From assembly GCA_040218735.1 (NCBI GenBank), contig JAVJQW010000042.1:32001-96000 (forward strand): 64,000 nt of DNA, in the 5' to 3' direction. This stretch comes from Deltaproteobacteria bacterium. Its GTDB lineage: Bacteria > Myxococcota > Kuafuiibacteriia > Kuafuiibacteriales > Kuafuiibacteriaceae. The position numbers and the translations under genes were made by a program. This document shows, piece after piece, positions 1 to 9,451 of this stretch; the first letter of the stretch is position 1; every line of letters starts with the position of its first letter. A model generated the notes under the pieces. It was not told the DNA's origin, ran no database searches, and was given only the letters and a program-made list of their open reading frames with translations.

Positions 1-1
1 G

Positions 2-1195
2 CTCATCATCGTGCCCGATCACCGGGTCACGACCACCGTCGAGCCGCTCTTGGCCGCCTTCCACGTGATCGTCGAGTCCTCGGTGCGCTCCAAGGTGTTC
101 GAGACGGCGCGCCAGGGGCGCATCGACCTGGTCGTGCTGGTCGAGGACGACGCGAGCAAGCTGGCGTCCGGTCTGGCGGTCCTGTCGGAGATTTCGTACC
201 TCGAGCACGTACCCGTGCTGGTGGTCGCGAGCGAGGGCGCCGACCTCGGTCCGCTTTTGGCGGGGCGCGCCGACGATGCGGTCCGGCGCCCGTTCACGCC
301 CCTGGAGCTCCTCGCGCGGGCTCGGAACCTGGCCTACACGAAGAACACCCGCGACGCGCTCATGGAGCAGCTGGTCACGAGCCGGGACGAGCTCCACGCC
401 GTCGTCACGCAGATCGTCGCGAAGCGACGCGAGCTCGAGTCGTCACTCCACGAGACGCGCCTCGCTCGGACGATCGCGGAGCGCGCGGCCGGGATGAAGA
501 GCAACCTGCTGCGGATGATGGCGCACGAGCTCCGCACGCCCGTCGCCGCGGTGCAGCTGCAGATCGAGCTGCTGGAGCGCGACGGTCTCGAGACCGCGTC
601 ACAGCGCGAGATCGTCGTACGAATGCGGCGCACGCTCTCGCGGTTGCTCGAGTTGATCGAGACGGCGCTCGAGTATGCGCGCATCGAGAGCGGACGTTAC
701 GAGCTCCACGCCACCTCGTTCGCTTTGCAAGATACCTTGCACGAAGTCGCGAAGGACCACCTCCCGCTCGCCGAGCACAAGGGCCTCGAGCTCAACGTGG
801 CGGCGGAGGTGATGCCGCAGGTCGCGTCCGACGAGAACCTCGTTCGTCTCGTCGCTTCGAACCTGTTGGGCAACGCGCTGAAGTTCACTTCGGAGGGCGG
901 CGTCGTGGTGCGTGCGTGGCACGACGAAGATCGACACGTCTTCGCCGTGGAGGACACGGGCCCGGGCATTCCGCCCGAGCGTCACGCCGAGGTGTTCGAA
1001 CCGTTCAGCCGCGGAGACGACGTCCGCTTCCGAACCGGGACGGGCTCGGGCCTCGGCCTCGCCCTCGTCAAGGAGATGGTGAGCGCGCTCGGAGGTACGA
1101 TTCAGCTGTCGTCTGCGCCGACCGGCGGCGCGCGCTTCGAGGTCGCGATCCCGTCGGAGCCTTCCGCGCTTGCGCCGGACCGAGAGCCTGGCTAG
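2..1195 (+). CDS. Hybrid response-regulator/sensor histidine kinase (degenerate REC + HisKA + HATPase); 5' end probably outside the window
   Basis: H-box MAHELRTP, N-box NLLGNALKFT, G1 DTGPGI, G2 GSGLGL; receiver-like GRADDAVRRPFTPLEL. The frame is open to the window start. Confidence 0.9.
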   Translation, partial: LIIVPDHRVTTTVEPLLAAFHVIVESSVRSKVFETARQGRIDLVVLVEDDASKLASGLAVLSEISYLEHVPVLVVASEGADLGPLLAGRADDAVRRPFTPLELLARARNLAYTKNTRDALMEQLVTSRDELHAVVTQIVAKRRELESSLHETRLARTIAERAAGMKSNLLRMMAHELRTPVAAVQLQIELLERDGLETASQREIVVRMRRTLSRLLELIETALEYARIESGRYELHATSFALQDTLHEVAKDHLPLAEHKGLELNVAAEVMPQVASDENLVRLVASNLLGNALKFTSEGGVVVRAWHDEDRHVFAVEDTGPGIPPERHAEVFEPFSRGDDVRFRTGTGSGLGLALVKEMVSALGGTIQLSSAPTGGARFEVAIPSEPSALAPDREPG

Positions 1196-1204
1196 GGATG
1201 CGCC

Positions 1205-2179
1205 ATGCTCGACGAACGCATGCGCCCGCGCCGTAACCGCAAGAACGAAGTCATCCGCTCCTGGCACCGCGAGACGTGGCTCGCGCCGCAGCACTTCGTG
1301 TACCCGGTGTTCGTCCACGGCAAGGCGGCCGTCGAGCCGATCGCATCCATGCCCGGCCAGTCGCGCATGGGCCTCGACGCGCTCAAGCGCGAGGTCGAGG
1401 GGGCGATGTCCGAGGGCATCAAGTCGATCGTCCTATTCCCGGCGATCGAGGAGAAACACAAGAGCAGCGACGGCAAGGAGAGCTACAACCCCGACGGGTT
1501 GGTGCCGCGGTTCATCCGCGCGCTGAAGAAGGAGTTCCCGGAGCTGGTGGTGTGCACCGACGTCGCGCTCGATCCGTACTCGAGCGACGGCCACGACGGC
1601 ATCGTCCGCGACGGCCGAATCCTCAACGACGAGACCGTCGAAGTGCTGTGCATGCAGGCGCTCGCGCAGGCCGACGCGGGGGCCGACGTGATCGCGCCGA
1701 GCGACATGATGGACGGTCGCGTCGGTGCGATCCGCGACGCGCTCGACGAACACGGCTACACCGACGTGTCGATCCTCTCGTACACCGCGAAGTACGCGTC
1801 CGCGTTCTACGGGCCGTTCCGCGACGCGCTCGATTCGGCGCCGAAGTTCGGGGACAAGAAGACCTACCAGATGGACCCGGCCAACGCGCGCGAGGCCAAA
1901 CGCGAAGCGGAGCTCGACGAGGCCGAGGGCGCCGACATCCTCATGGTCAAGCCGGCGGGCCCGTACCTCGACATCATCCGCGACCTCCGCGAGGAGAGCT
2001 CGCTCCCGATCGCCGCGTACCAGGTGAGCGGCGAGTACGCGATGATCAAGGCCGCCTGCCAAAACGGCTGGCTCGACGAGGACCGCGTGGTGCTGGAGAG
2101 CCTCACCGCGATCCGCCGGGCCGGGGCCGACGTCATCTTCACGTACTTCGCGCGCCAGGCGGCCAAGCTGCTCCGCTGA
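1205..2179 (+). CDS. hemB: Porphobilinogen synthase (ALA dehydratase), Asp-rich non-zinc type
   Basis: DVALDPYSSDGHDG, APSDMMDGRV, KYASAFYGPFRDA, MVKPA, AYQVSGEYAMIK motifs. Confidence 0.98.
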   Translation: MLDERMRPRRNRKNEVIRSWHRETWLAPQHFVYPVFVHGKAAVEPIASMPGQSRMGLDALKREVEGAMSEGIKSIVLFPAIEEKHKSSDGKESYNPDGLVPRFIRALKKEFPELVVCTDVALDPYSSDGHDGIVRDGRILNDETVEVLCMQALAQADAGADVIAPSDMMDGRVGAIRDALDEHGYTDVSILSYTAKYASAFYGPFRDALDSAPKFGDKKTYQMDPANAREAKREAELDEAEGADILMVKPAGPYLDIIRDLREESSLPIAAYQVSGEYAMIKAACQNGWLDEDRVVLESLTAIRRAGADVIFTYFARQAAKLLR

Positions 2180-2191
2180 CCCCCGTCGCGC

Positions 2192-2246
2192 GGGGGAAAC
2201 GATCCTTTACAGGGCGTAAGGTCTTCATTACCTACCGTCGGTAGGT
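2192..2246 (+). promoter_or_regulatory. Candidate operator/hairpin upstream of the molybdate regulator
   Basis: GTAA-N8-TTAC (2216-2231), a degenerate copy 21 bp upstream, and the perfect inverted repeat ACCTACC-GTC-GGTAGGT (2230-2246) overlapping the GTG start. Confidence 0.4.
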
Positions 2247-3321
2247 GAAGGGGCAGGTGATCGTACGCGTGCGAGAGCGTCGTGAGGCGCACGGGCTCTC
2301 GCAGGCCGCGCTCGCGGAGCGGGCGGAGATCTCTCGGCAGGCGCTAATCGCGATCGAGGCGGGGCGGCAGGTCCCGTCGACCGCGATCGCGCTGCGGCTC
2401 GCGGATGTCCTGTCGTGCCGCGTCGAAGATCTGTTCGGGCTCGAACGCGGCGCCGAGCTGACGGTGCGCGGTTCGCTTCGACCGGGTGCGCGCGCATTGG
2501 TGGGTCGCGTGGGTGGCGCGTGGGTCGCGCACGGTCCGGCCCGCGCGAACCAAGCCGCCGACGCCGTCGCGCTGCGCGGCGACGCGGAGGGGGCGGTGGT
2601 CGAGCCGCTGTTCGACGTCGACGCGCTCGAGAAGAACGTGTTCATCGCGGGGTGTGCGCCGATCCTGGGGCTGCTCGGGGAGCGGCTCGGTGTGTTCCCC
2701 GCGGACGTCCGTCTGCGGTGGCTCCCGGTCGGGAGCACGGCCGCGCTCGATCGACTGAAGGACGAGTCGGTGCACTTCGCGGGCTGTCACCTCGTCGACC
2801 GGCGCACCGGCGAGTGCAACGTGCCGGCGGTGCGCGCGCGCTTCGAGGAGCGGATGTACGTCGTGAATCTGGTGCGGTGGCGGCAAGGTCTGTTGCTCGC
2901 GCCGGGCAACCCGCTCGGGGTCGAGGATCCCTCGGAGCTCTTGCAACGTAGCCTGCGGATCGCGTGGCGCGAGCGCGGATCGGAAGCGCTCAAGCTCCTG
3001 CTCCGCGCGACGGGCGTGCGCAAGCCGGGGGAGGGGCTGCGCGCGACGAGCCACGTCGAGGTCGCGCAGGCGATCGCGCTCGGCGCCGCCGATGCGGGCG
3101 TCGCGATCGAGAGTGAAGCGATCGCACACGGTCTCGACTTCCTTCCGCTGACGGAGGAGCGCTTCGACCTCGTCGTCCCCGCGCGGTGGGCGAGCGACGC
3201 GCGCGTTCGCGCGGTGCTCGACGCGCTGGACCGGCCCCACCTACGCAGCGACATCCAGGCGATCGGCGGCTACGACGCGTCGTCGGCCGGGCACGTCGCG
3301 ACCGTGGAGGGGGCGGCGTGA
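2245..3321 (+). CDS. XRE HTH transcriptional regulator fused to a molybdate-binding PBP-like domain
   Basis: N-terminal [28 protein letters not shown]; C-terminal VGSTAAL..HFAGCHL..RERGS..ADAGV..EERFDLV; first gene of the modABC operon. Confidence 0.88.
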   Translation: MKGQVIVRVRERREAHGLSQAALAERAEISRQALIAIEAGRQVPSTAIALRLADVLSCRVEDLFGLERGAELTVRGSLRPGARALVGRVGGAWVAHGPARANQAADAVALRGDAEGAVVEPLFDVDALEKNVFIAGCAPILGLLGERLGVFPADVRLRWLPVGSTAALDRLKDESVHFAGCHLVDRRTGECNVPAVRARFEERMYVVNLVRWRQGLLLAPGNPLGVEDPSELLQRSLRIAWRERGSEALKLLLRATGVRKPGEGLRATSHVEVAQAIALGAADAGVAIESEAIAHGLDFLPLTEERFDLVVPARWASDARVRAVLDALDRPHLRSDIQAIGGYDASSAGHVATVEGAA

Positions 3322-4052
3322 ACGTACGTGTCGCGCCCTTTGGGTTCTTGTTGGTCTGCGCGTGCACGCAGACCTCGTCCCCGCTGGTGGTCTCGGCGGC
3401 GAGCTCTTTGACGGAGGTGCTTCGAGCGCTCGAGCCGCAGGTCGAGCGGAGCCTCGAGCGCGACGTCGACTTCGCGTTCGCGGGGAGTCAGGCACTTCGC
3501 CTCCAGATCGAGCAGGGCGCGCCGGTCGACGTCTTCCTCTCCGCAAACGCCGCGCACGTCGATGCGCTCGTCGCGGCCGGTCTGGGCGGAGCGCCCCGCC
3601 GCTTCGCGGCGAACGTGTTGACGGTGGCCGTGCCCGAGTCGAACCCGGCGGGGCTGGAGCGGTTCGAAGATCTCGGGCGTGCGTCGCGGATCGTGGTCGG
3701 CGCCGAGGAAGTGCCGGTCGGACGGTACACCGCCGAGGTGCTGGGGCGGGTGACGGCGCGGGACGACGCGCTCGCCGCGAGGATCCACCGCGCCGTCGTG
3801 TCGCGCGAGAACAACGTGCGGTTGGTGCTCGCGAAGGTCGAGCTGGGCGAGGCCGACGCGGCGATCGTGTACCGCACCGACGTCACGGGGCGACGCGTGA
3901 AGACGATCGAGATCCCTTCAGAGCTCCAGGTCGAAGCGAGTTACTTCGCGACGGTGATCGAGGACTCGGACGAAGCGCGTGCGTTCGTCGAGCTGTTGAC
4001 CGGGCCGGTGGGCCGCGCCGCCTTACGAGCCCACGGGTTCGTCGCGCGATGA
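3318..4052 (+). CDS. modA: Molybdate ABC transporter substrate-binding lipoprotein
   Basis: [52 protein letters not shown]; GTG start overlaps the upstream stop. Confidence 0.93.
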   Translation: MNVRVAPFGFLLVCACTQTSSPLVVSAASSLTEVLRALEPQVERSLERDVDFAFAGSQALRLQIEQGAPVDVFLSANAAHVDALVAAGLGGAPRRFAANVLTVAVPESNPAGLERFEDLGRASRIVVGAEEVPVGRYTAEVLGRVTARDDALAARIHRAVVSRENNVRLVLAKVELGEADAAIVYRTDVTGRRVKTIEIPSELQVEASYFATVIEDSDEARAFVELLTGPVGRAALRAHGFVAR

Positions 4053-4813
4053 AGGGCGGTTGGCGACAGGCGGCGTTCGCGGCGCCGGGGTTTGTGTTGC
4101 TCGCGTTCCTCGCGGTGCCGCTGCTCGCGTTGGTGGTGACGACGTCCCCGTCGGAGCTCGCGTCCGGGCTCGCGCATCCGCTGGTCGGTCCGGCGCTGTG
4201 GCTCTCCGTCGAGACGAGCGTGATCAGTATGGCGATCGTCGTCGCGTGTGGCCTCCCGCTCGCGTGGATCATCGCTCGCGGACAGGGTCGGTGGGCGTCG
4301 GTGGTGGAGACGTTCGTCGCGCTGCCGATCGTCATTCCGCCCGCGGTCGCGGGCATCGCGTTGTTGCTCGCGTTCGGTCGGAGCGGTCCGCTCGGCGCGG
4401 CGGGGCTCCCGTTCACGACGGCGGCGGTCGTCGCCGCGCAGGTCACGGTGTCGGCGCCGTTCTTCCTGCAGTCGGCGATCGCGGGCTTCCGGAAGGTCGA
4501 CCCGGATCTGATCCTCGTCGCGCGCACGCTCGGCGCCTCCCCGGTCGCGACCTTCTTTCGCGTGACGATCCCCCTCGCGTGGCCGGCGATCCTCGCGGGG
4601 CTGGGCCTCGCGTGGGCGCGCGCGCTCGGCGAGTTCGGTGCGACGCTGTTGTTCGCGGGCAACCTCTCCGGCCGAACCCAGACGATGCCGCTCGCGATCT
4701 ACGCGGCGCTGGAGTCCGACGTGCGCGCGGCGCAGGCGCTCGCACTGTTGCTCGCCGTCGCGGCGTTCGGGCTGCTGCTCTTGCTGCGGCTCATCCCGAC
4801 GGGTGCACGATGA
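4049..4813 (+). CDS. modB: Molybdate ABC transporter permease
   Basis: [50 protein letters not shown]; ATGA coupling. Confidence 0.95.
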   Translation: MKGGWRQAAFAAPGFVLLAFLAVPLLALVVTTSPSELASGLAHPLVGPALWLSVETSVISMAIVVACGLPLAWIIARGQGRWASVVETFVALPIVIPPAVAGIALLLAFGRSGPLGAAGLPFTTAAVVAAQVTVSAPFFLQSAIAGFRKVDPDLILVARTLGASPVATFFRVTIPLAWPAILAGLGLAWARALGEFGATLLFAGNLSGRTQTMPLAIYAALESDVRAAQALALLLAVAAFGLLLLLRLIPTGAR

Positions 4814-5514
4814 GCTGGTCCGTTCGGCTGTCGGGTCGCCTCGGTGACCTGGACCTGTCACTCGCGTTCGAGTCCGACGCGAAGGTGGTCTGTGTCGTGG
4901 GGCCGAACGGTTCCGGCAAGACGACGCTCCTCCGCGCGATCGCCGGCGCGTCGTTGCCCGTCGAAGGGCACGTCTCGGTCGGCGAGCGGTTGCTCCTGGA
5001 CACGACGCGCGCCATCGACGTCCCGCCCGAGGCGCGCCGGGTCGGTTACGTGCCGCAGGGGTTCGGTCTGTTCCCGCACCTCACGGTCGGGGACAACGTC
5101 GGGTTCGGCGCACGCGACGACGTGCACGACGCGCTCGAGCGCTACGACTTGCTCGCCTACGCGGACCGGCCGGTGTCGGCGCTTTCGGGGGGAGAGCGTC
5201 AGCGTGTCGCGCTCGCGCGCGCGGTCGCGATGCGGCCGGCGTGTCTGCTGCTCGACGAGCCGCTGTCCGCGCTGGATGCGCAGACCCGCCGCACCACCCG
5301 CAAGGACCTCGCCGCGTACCTCGCGGCGGAGGCTGCGCCGGCGTTGGTCGTGACGCACGACGCTCGCGATGTCCGGGCGCTCGGGGCCGAGGTGGTGGCG
5401 GTCGAGGGGGGCGTCGTGGTGCAGCAGGGGCCCTGGACCGACCTGGCGGAGGGCCCGGCGTCGGCCTTTCTGGCCGAGCTCTTCGACGCGGATTTTGTTG
5501 CATCGCAACAATGA
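4810..5514 (+). CDS. modC: Molybdate ABC transporter ATP-binding protein
   Basis: Walker [23 protein letters not shown], Walker B LLLDEP. Confidence 0.92.
   Translation: MSWSVRLSGRLGDLDLSLAFESDAKVVCVVGPNGSGKTTLLRAIAGASLPVEGHVSVGERLLLDTTRAIDVPPEARRVGYVPQGFGLFPHLTVGDNVGFGARDDVHDALERYDLLAYADRPVSALSGGERQRVALARAVAMRPACLLLDEPLSALDAQTRRTTRKDLAAYLAAEAAPALVVTHDARDVRALGAEVVAVEGGVVVQQGPWTDLAEGPASAFLAELFDADFVASQQ
5495..5511. promoter_or_regulatory. PhaR-type palindromic box
   Basis: Perfect inverted repeat TTGTTGC-ATC-GCAACAA; related copy TGTTGCGGTGCGGCA at 5582-5596. Confidence 0.65.
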
Positions 5515-5556
5515 CCGGTTGACGCCACTGGCTGATTCACCCTAGATCCTCGGACT

Positions 5557-6246
5557 ATGATGCTGCGGTGCGGTTCCTGGGTGTTGCGGTGCGGCATCCT
5601 GCTGCTCCTGGTGGGGTGTGACATCGAGGATGTGTACGTCTACCGGGACGGCGGGGTGGCGGAGGGGGGCGAGACCCCGATGGAGCAGACCCCGATGGAG
5701 CCGATGGATCCGGAGCGTCGGCCGCTCGGCTCGGAGTCGCAGATCCTGGCGTTCCTCGACGGCAAGACCATCACGATGTCGGCCGACGCGGTGCCCACCC
5801 ACCCGAACGGGTTCGATTCGAACGTGAACTTCGGGCAGGCGTCGCAGTGCATCCACGAGGTGCAGATGTCGGTGGCGGCCGGGGCGTTCCGGGTCGAGAC
5901 CGCGATGGGCACGTTGATGGACGCGCCCGAGCTCGAGGACATCGGCACCTGCGATCGGTTCACGCCGGACGGCAACGGGCTGACGTTCGACACGACGGCC
6001 TCGCGTATCGAGAACGTGCGCGACGACGGCGGGTGCTTCGACATCACGCTGACGTACGCCGGCTTCGGTCAGGAGGGGCGCGGTTCGATCTCGAACGATC
6101 GCACCGAGATTCGCCTCGAGTTGTTCTTCAGAGATCAGGCGGTCGGACACCGCTGCGCCGACGGCGACGTCGGCGACCCCACCATTACGCTCAACCAGGA
6201 AGCGTTCACAGGCGACGCGGTGCAGCGCTACCGCGTCGAGGAGTGA
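5557..6246 (+). CDS. Hypothetical Cys-containing lipoprotein, paralog of the C-terminal domain of ORF 20408-22987
   Basis: Lipobox LLLLVGC; shares LDGKT.TM, HPNG, NFGQA.QC, CFD.T.TY.GF.QEGRG, LELFF.DQAVGHRCADGDVGD. Confidence 0.85.
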   Translation: MMLRCGSWVLRCGILLLLVGCDIEDVYVYRDGGVAEGGETPMEQTPMEPMDPERRPLGSESQILAFLDGKTITMSADAVPTHPNGFDSNVNFGQASQCIHEVQMSVAAGAFRVETAMGTLMDAPELEDIGTCDRFTPDGNGLTFDTTASRIENVRDDGGCFDITLTYAGFGQEGRGSISNDRTEIRLELFFRDQAVGHRCADGDVGDPTITLNQEAFTGDAVQRYRVEE

Positions 6247-6250
6247 TGCC

Positions 6251-8629
6251 ATGAGACGGTGTTTACTGATCACGCTTCTGCTCGGCGGCTGCAACGCCGG
6301 GAACATCTGGTTGGTCGACGAGCCGGCCGGGGCCGACGCGGGTCCGCGGGCTCCCGGGACGCCGCTCGACGCCGGCACGCCCGCGACTTCGCGCGACGGT
6401 GGTCCGGGCGGAATGTCCGAGCGCGACGGGGCCGTGGTCGCGCCGAACCTCACCGTGGCGATCACTTCGCTGGCGGAGGGTGACGTCGTGTCGGGTGTCG
6501 TCGCCGTCGCGGTGACGGTGTCCGGCGGCATGGCGGAGCGCGTGGAGCTGCGTGTGGACGGCGCGGTGGCCGCGACGTCGGAGAGTGGGCCGTGGATGCT
6601 CTCGCTCGACACGAACACTTTCGCCGACGGGGAGCACGCGCTCGTCGCGGCCGCGTTCGACGCGCAGGCGCGTGAGGCGACGTCCGCGGCGGTGCGGGTG
6701 CGTGTCGACAACGCGTTCGCGGAGACGTTCGCGAACGGGACACCGGACCAGCAGGGGTGGACGCTCGGCGCCGGGTTCGCGGTCGACACCGCTGAGGACC
6801 ACTCGCAGGCGGCCGGGAGTGGGTCGCTGCTCGGCGCGCTGACGACGACTTCGCTCGAGACGATCTCGGACGCCGCGGAGCTCGCGGTGACGTTGGGCGC
6901 GCAGCCGAAGATGTCGTTCGCTCGAAGGGTCCACATCGATGCGGATGGGTTCGTCTACGGGGGGGCGTTCCGCGTGAAGGTCGACGGCGATGTCGTGCAC
7001 GAAGTGACGGCGACGAACTCGGAGCACGAGGACTCGGATTGGGTGCTCGTCGAGGATATCGATCTGTCCGCGTACGCGAGCTCGGCGGTGACGATTCGGT
7101 TCGAGCTGTCGTTGACGAACTGGTCGTTCAATCAGGAGGCGCGTGCGCGGGTGCGCCTCGATGATCTCACGCTCGACGTGGGGGGTGCGAACCCACCACC
7201 ACCTCCTCCTCCTCCGCCCCCGCCGCCTCCGCCGGGCGGGTCTGGGTATGACCACGCGTCGGAGCAGGCGAGTGACTTGGTCGAGGTCTTGGATATCACC
7301 GGACCGTATGGTGTCGCGGTCGCGGGTGGCCAGCTGATCGCCGGGGATGCGAGCGGTGGATCATCGTTGCCGCGCGAGACGCCGGTGTCGTCTTCGTCTT
7401 CGATCGAGATTCCGGCGGGAGCGACGGTTCGACATGCGGCGCTTTGGTACACCGGAGTCATCTTCATGAAGCCACACGCGGGCGGGCAGGGTGACTACAC
7501 GCCGGATATCGGTGGAGCGCTCGACGATGCCGCGGACGTCGCGGGGAATGGAATTACCTTCTCGATCGATGGGTCGTCGTTCGGACCCTTCGACCCGTCG
7601 GCGCGGTTGGCGCCGAACCCGTCGACGTTGGGATCCGATTCGCAGATCTCGCCGCGAGCGTACGACCCCTCGTTCGGGACGTTGACGGGGGTGAAGGAGA
7701 GCGTCTGGGGGAACCGCATCGATGTGACCGGGGTGTTCTCGGGTCGTACGGGGTCGATGAACGTGCAGGTCCAGCCTCCGGAGAAGGTCGATGTGAGCGG
7801 GAACGACGCCACGCGGAACGGTGGCAACCCGGCGGGCAACACGACGTACAACCTGTGCACGAGCGGCGGGTCGTGGACGCTCGTCGTCATCTACGAGAAA
7901 TCTGATTTGCCGCAGAAGAACTTCGTACTCATGGACGGCGCGTGGGCGCGGGCTTGGGATTATATGTTCTTCCACAAGGGTGAGTGGGTTCGTCCGAAGG
8001 TGCGGATCGATCACGCGCCGATCGAGCCGGGCGCCAAGTTTACGATTTACGCAGGGAGTGGTGCGCCGAGCGGCGGCCCGATTCCCACGAGCCCGGCGTG
8101 TAGCTGCGGTTGCGGCGGTCAATATACGTTGCGGAGCACGAACAGCCCGCTGGGTCGCAACAACTACTTCTCGGACACCCACGTGGATCCGGCGGCGGCG
8201 CAGAGTGATCCGATGTCGCGCGATCGAACCAACGGACCTTGGTACCTGCACTCGACGGGGGCCCAACCCATCGCCGGGAACGACTGGACGCTGTTCCAGT
8301 CGGGCACGCGGTACACCGAGTTCCCGAACCTCTTCGAGGGCGAAGAGACGCCGAGCCCCGACAGTCGGCAGCCCTCGACCGACGAGGATGACCCGGACGC
8401 CGCGCAGGACACGTACGGCGGGCACCCGTGGGCCGGGCGTGGAACGGTGGAGTACCTCGCGCACGGCAACGCGATGAGCGTGGTCGAAGTGGAACCGGAG
8501 GCGACGCAGGTCGAGCGCGGCGAGACGACGTCGTATCTGTACTTCAAGGGCGACCAGAAGGACGTGTGGAAGCCGCAGGCCGTGGTCAGTGTGAAGTTCA
8601 TCCTCTTCGAGACGCCGGTGGGTCCGTAG
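6251..8629 (+). CDS. Secreted lipoprotein with an Ig-like (Big) domain, poly-Pro linker and uncharacterised C-terminal domain
   Basis: Lipobox LLLGGC; Big motif RVELRVDG..LDT..DGEHAL.A.AFD; poly-Pro tract at about 7192-7233. Confidence 0.8.
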   Translation: MRRCLLITLLLGGCNAGNIWLVDEPAGADAGPRAPGTPLDAGTPATSRDGGPGGMSERDGAVVAPNLTVAITSLAEGDVVSGVVAVAVTVSGGMAERVELRVDGAVAATSESGPWMLSLDTNTFADGEHALVAAAFDAQAREATSAAVRVRVDNAFAETFANGTPDQQGWTLGAGFAVDTAEDHSQAAGSGSLLGALTTTSLETISDAAELAVTLGAQPKMSFARRVHIDADGFVYGGAFRVKVDGDVVHEVTATNSEHEDSDWVLVEDIDLSAYASSAVTIRFELSLTNWSFNQEARARVRLDDLTLDVGGANPPPPPPPPPPPPPPGGSGYDHASEQASDLVEVLDITGPYGVAVAGGQLIAGDASGGSSLPRETPVSSSSSIEIPAGATVRHAALWYTGVIFMKPHAGGQGDYTPDIGGALDDAADVAGNGITFSIDGSSFGPFDPSARLAPNPSTLGSDSQISPRAYDPSFGTLTGVKESVWGNRIDVTGVFSGRTGSMNVQVQPPEKVDVSGNDATRNGGNPAGNTTYNLCTSGGSWTLVVIYEKSDLPQKNFVLMDGAWARAWDYMFFHKGEWVRPKVRIDHAPIEPGAKFTIYAGSGAPSGGPIPTSPACSCGCGGQYTLRSTNSPLGRNNYFSDTHVDPAAAQSDPMSRDRTNGPWYLHSTGAQPIAGNDWTLFQSGTRYTEFPNLFEGEETPSPDSRQPSTDEDDPDAAQDTYGGHPWAGRGTVEYLAHGNAMSVVEVEPEATQVERGETTSYLYFKGDQKDVWKPQAVVSVKFILFETPVGP

Positions 8630-8631
8630 TC

Positions 8632-9444
8632 ATGGATCTGCAGGCGGGGCTTCGAATCCGAACTCAGTTGGAGTTCACGCAGGAGCAGTTCGACGCGTTT
8701 GCGTCGATCAGCGGGGATGACAATCCGATTCACGTCGACCCGGAGTTCGCGGCGCGTACGCGGTTCGAGCGGACACTCGCGCACGGAATGTTCCTGTTCG
8801 GGACTTCGCTGGCCGGGTTGCCGAGGACACGAATCGGTCGTTCGGCGCGGGTCGTAGCGCAGTCACTTAGGTTTCCCGGGCCGACGTTCGCCGGAGACAA
8901 GGCGCGTTTGGTCGTCGAGGTGGTGGAAGCCACGGCGACGATGGCGCGCTTGCGTACGGTGATCGACAAAGCCGACGGAACGACCTGCTGCGAAGGTGAG
9001 ACGTGGTTGGCGTCCGGCGGCGCGGCGCCGGTGCTCCCGGCGCCTTCGTCGGGAGAGACGGCCGAGGCCATGGGCCGGTTCGAGGTGGGGCAGCGCGCCG
9101 AGAAGCAGCGCGTGTTCACCCGCGGTGATGTCGCGGCGTACGCGACGCTCACCCGGGACACGAGCGCGCTCGCCGACGGCGCCGTACCCGAGGCGCTGAT
9201 CGGCGGGTTGTTCTCGGACTTGCTCGGCACGGAGCTCCCGGGCCGAGGGACGAACTGGATGAAGCAGAGCTTCGAGTTCGTGCGACCGGTTCGGATCGAC
9301 GAAGTCGTGACGGCGTCGGTCGAGATCGTGCGTTTGCGTCCCGAGAAGCACCTCGTGAACCTGACGACGATCGCGCGGGACACGGACGGTGCCGTCGTGT
9401 GCCGAGGCAACGCGCTGGTGATGGCGCGCGAGATGGCTTCATAA
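8632..9444 (+). CDS. MaoC/PhaJ-like (R)-enoyl-CoA hydratase, tandem hot-dog domains
   Basis: [21 protein letters not shown]...LAHGM hydratase-2 motif; second domain [15 protein letters not shown]. Confidence 0.88.
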   Translation: MDLQAGLRIRTQLEFTQEQFDAFASISGDDNPIHVDPEFAARTRFERTLAHGMFLFGTSLAGLPRTRIGRSARVVAQSLRFPGPTFAGDKARLVVEVVEATATMARLRTVIDKADGTTCCEGETWLASGGAAPVLPAPSSGETAEAMGRFEVGQRAEKQRVFTRGDVAAYATLTRDTSALADGAVPEALIGGLFSDLLGTELPGRGTNWMKQSFEFVRPVRIDEVVTASVEIVRLRPEKHLVNLTTIARDTDGAVVCRGNALVMAREMAS

Positions 9445-9451
9445 TGACCGG

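Noticed and set aside
2180-2196. Intrinsic terminator after hemB
   Set aside because: A CCCCCG/CGGGGG stem is present but has no U-tract, so the call is unsupported.
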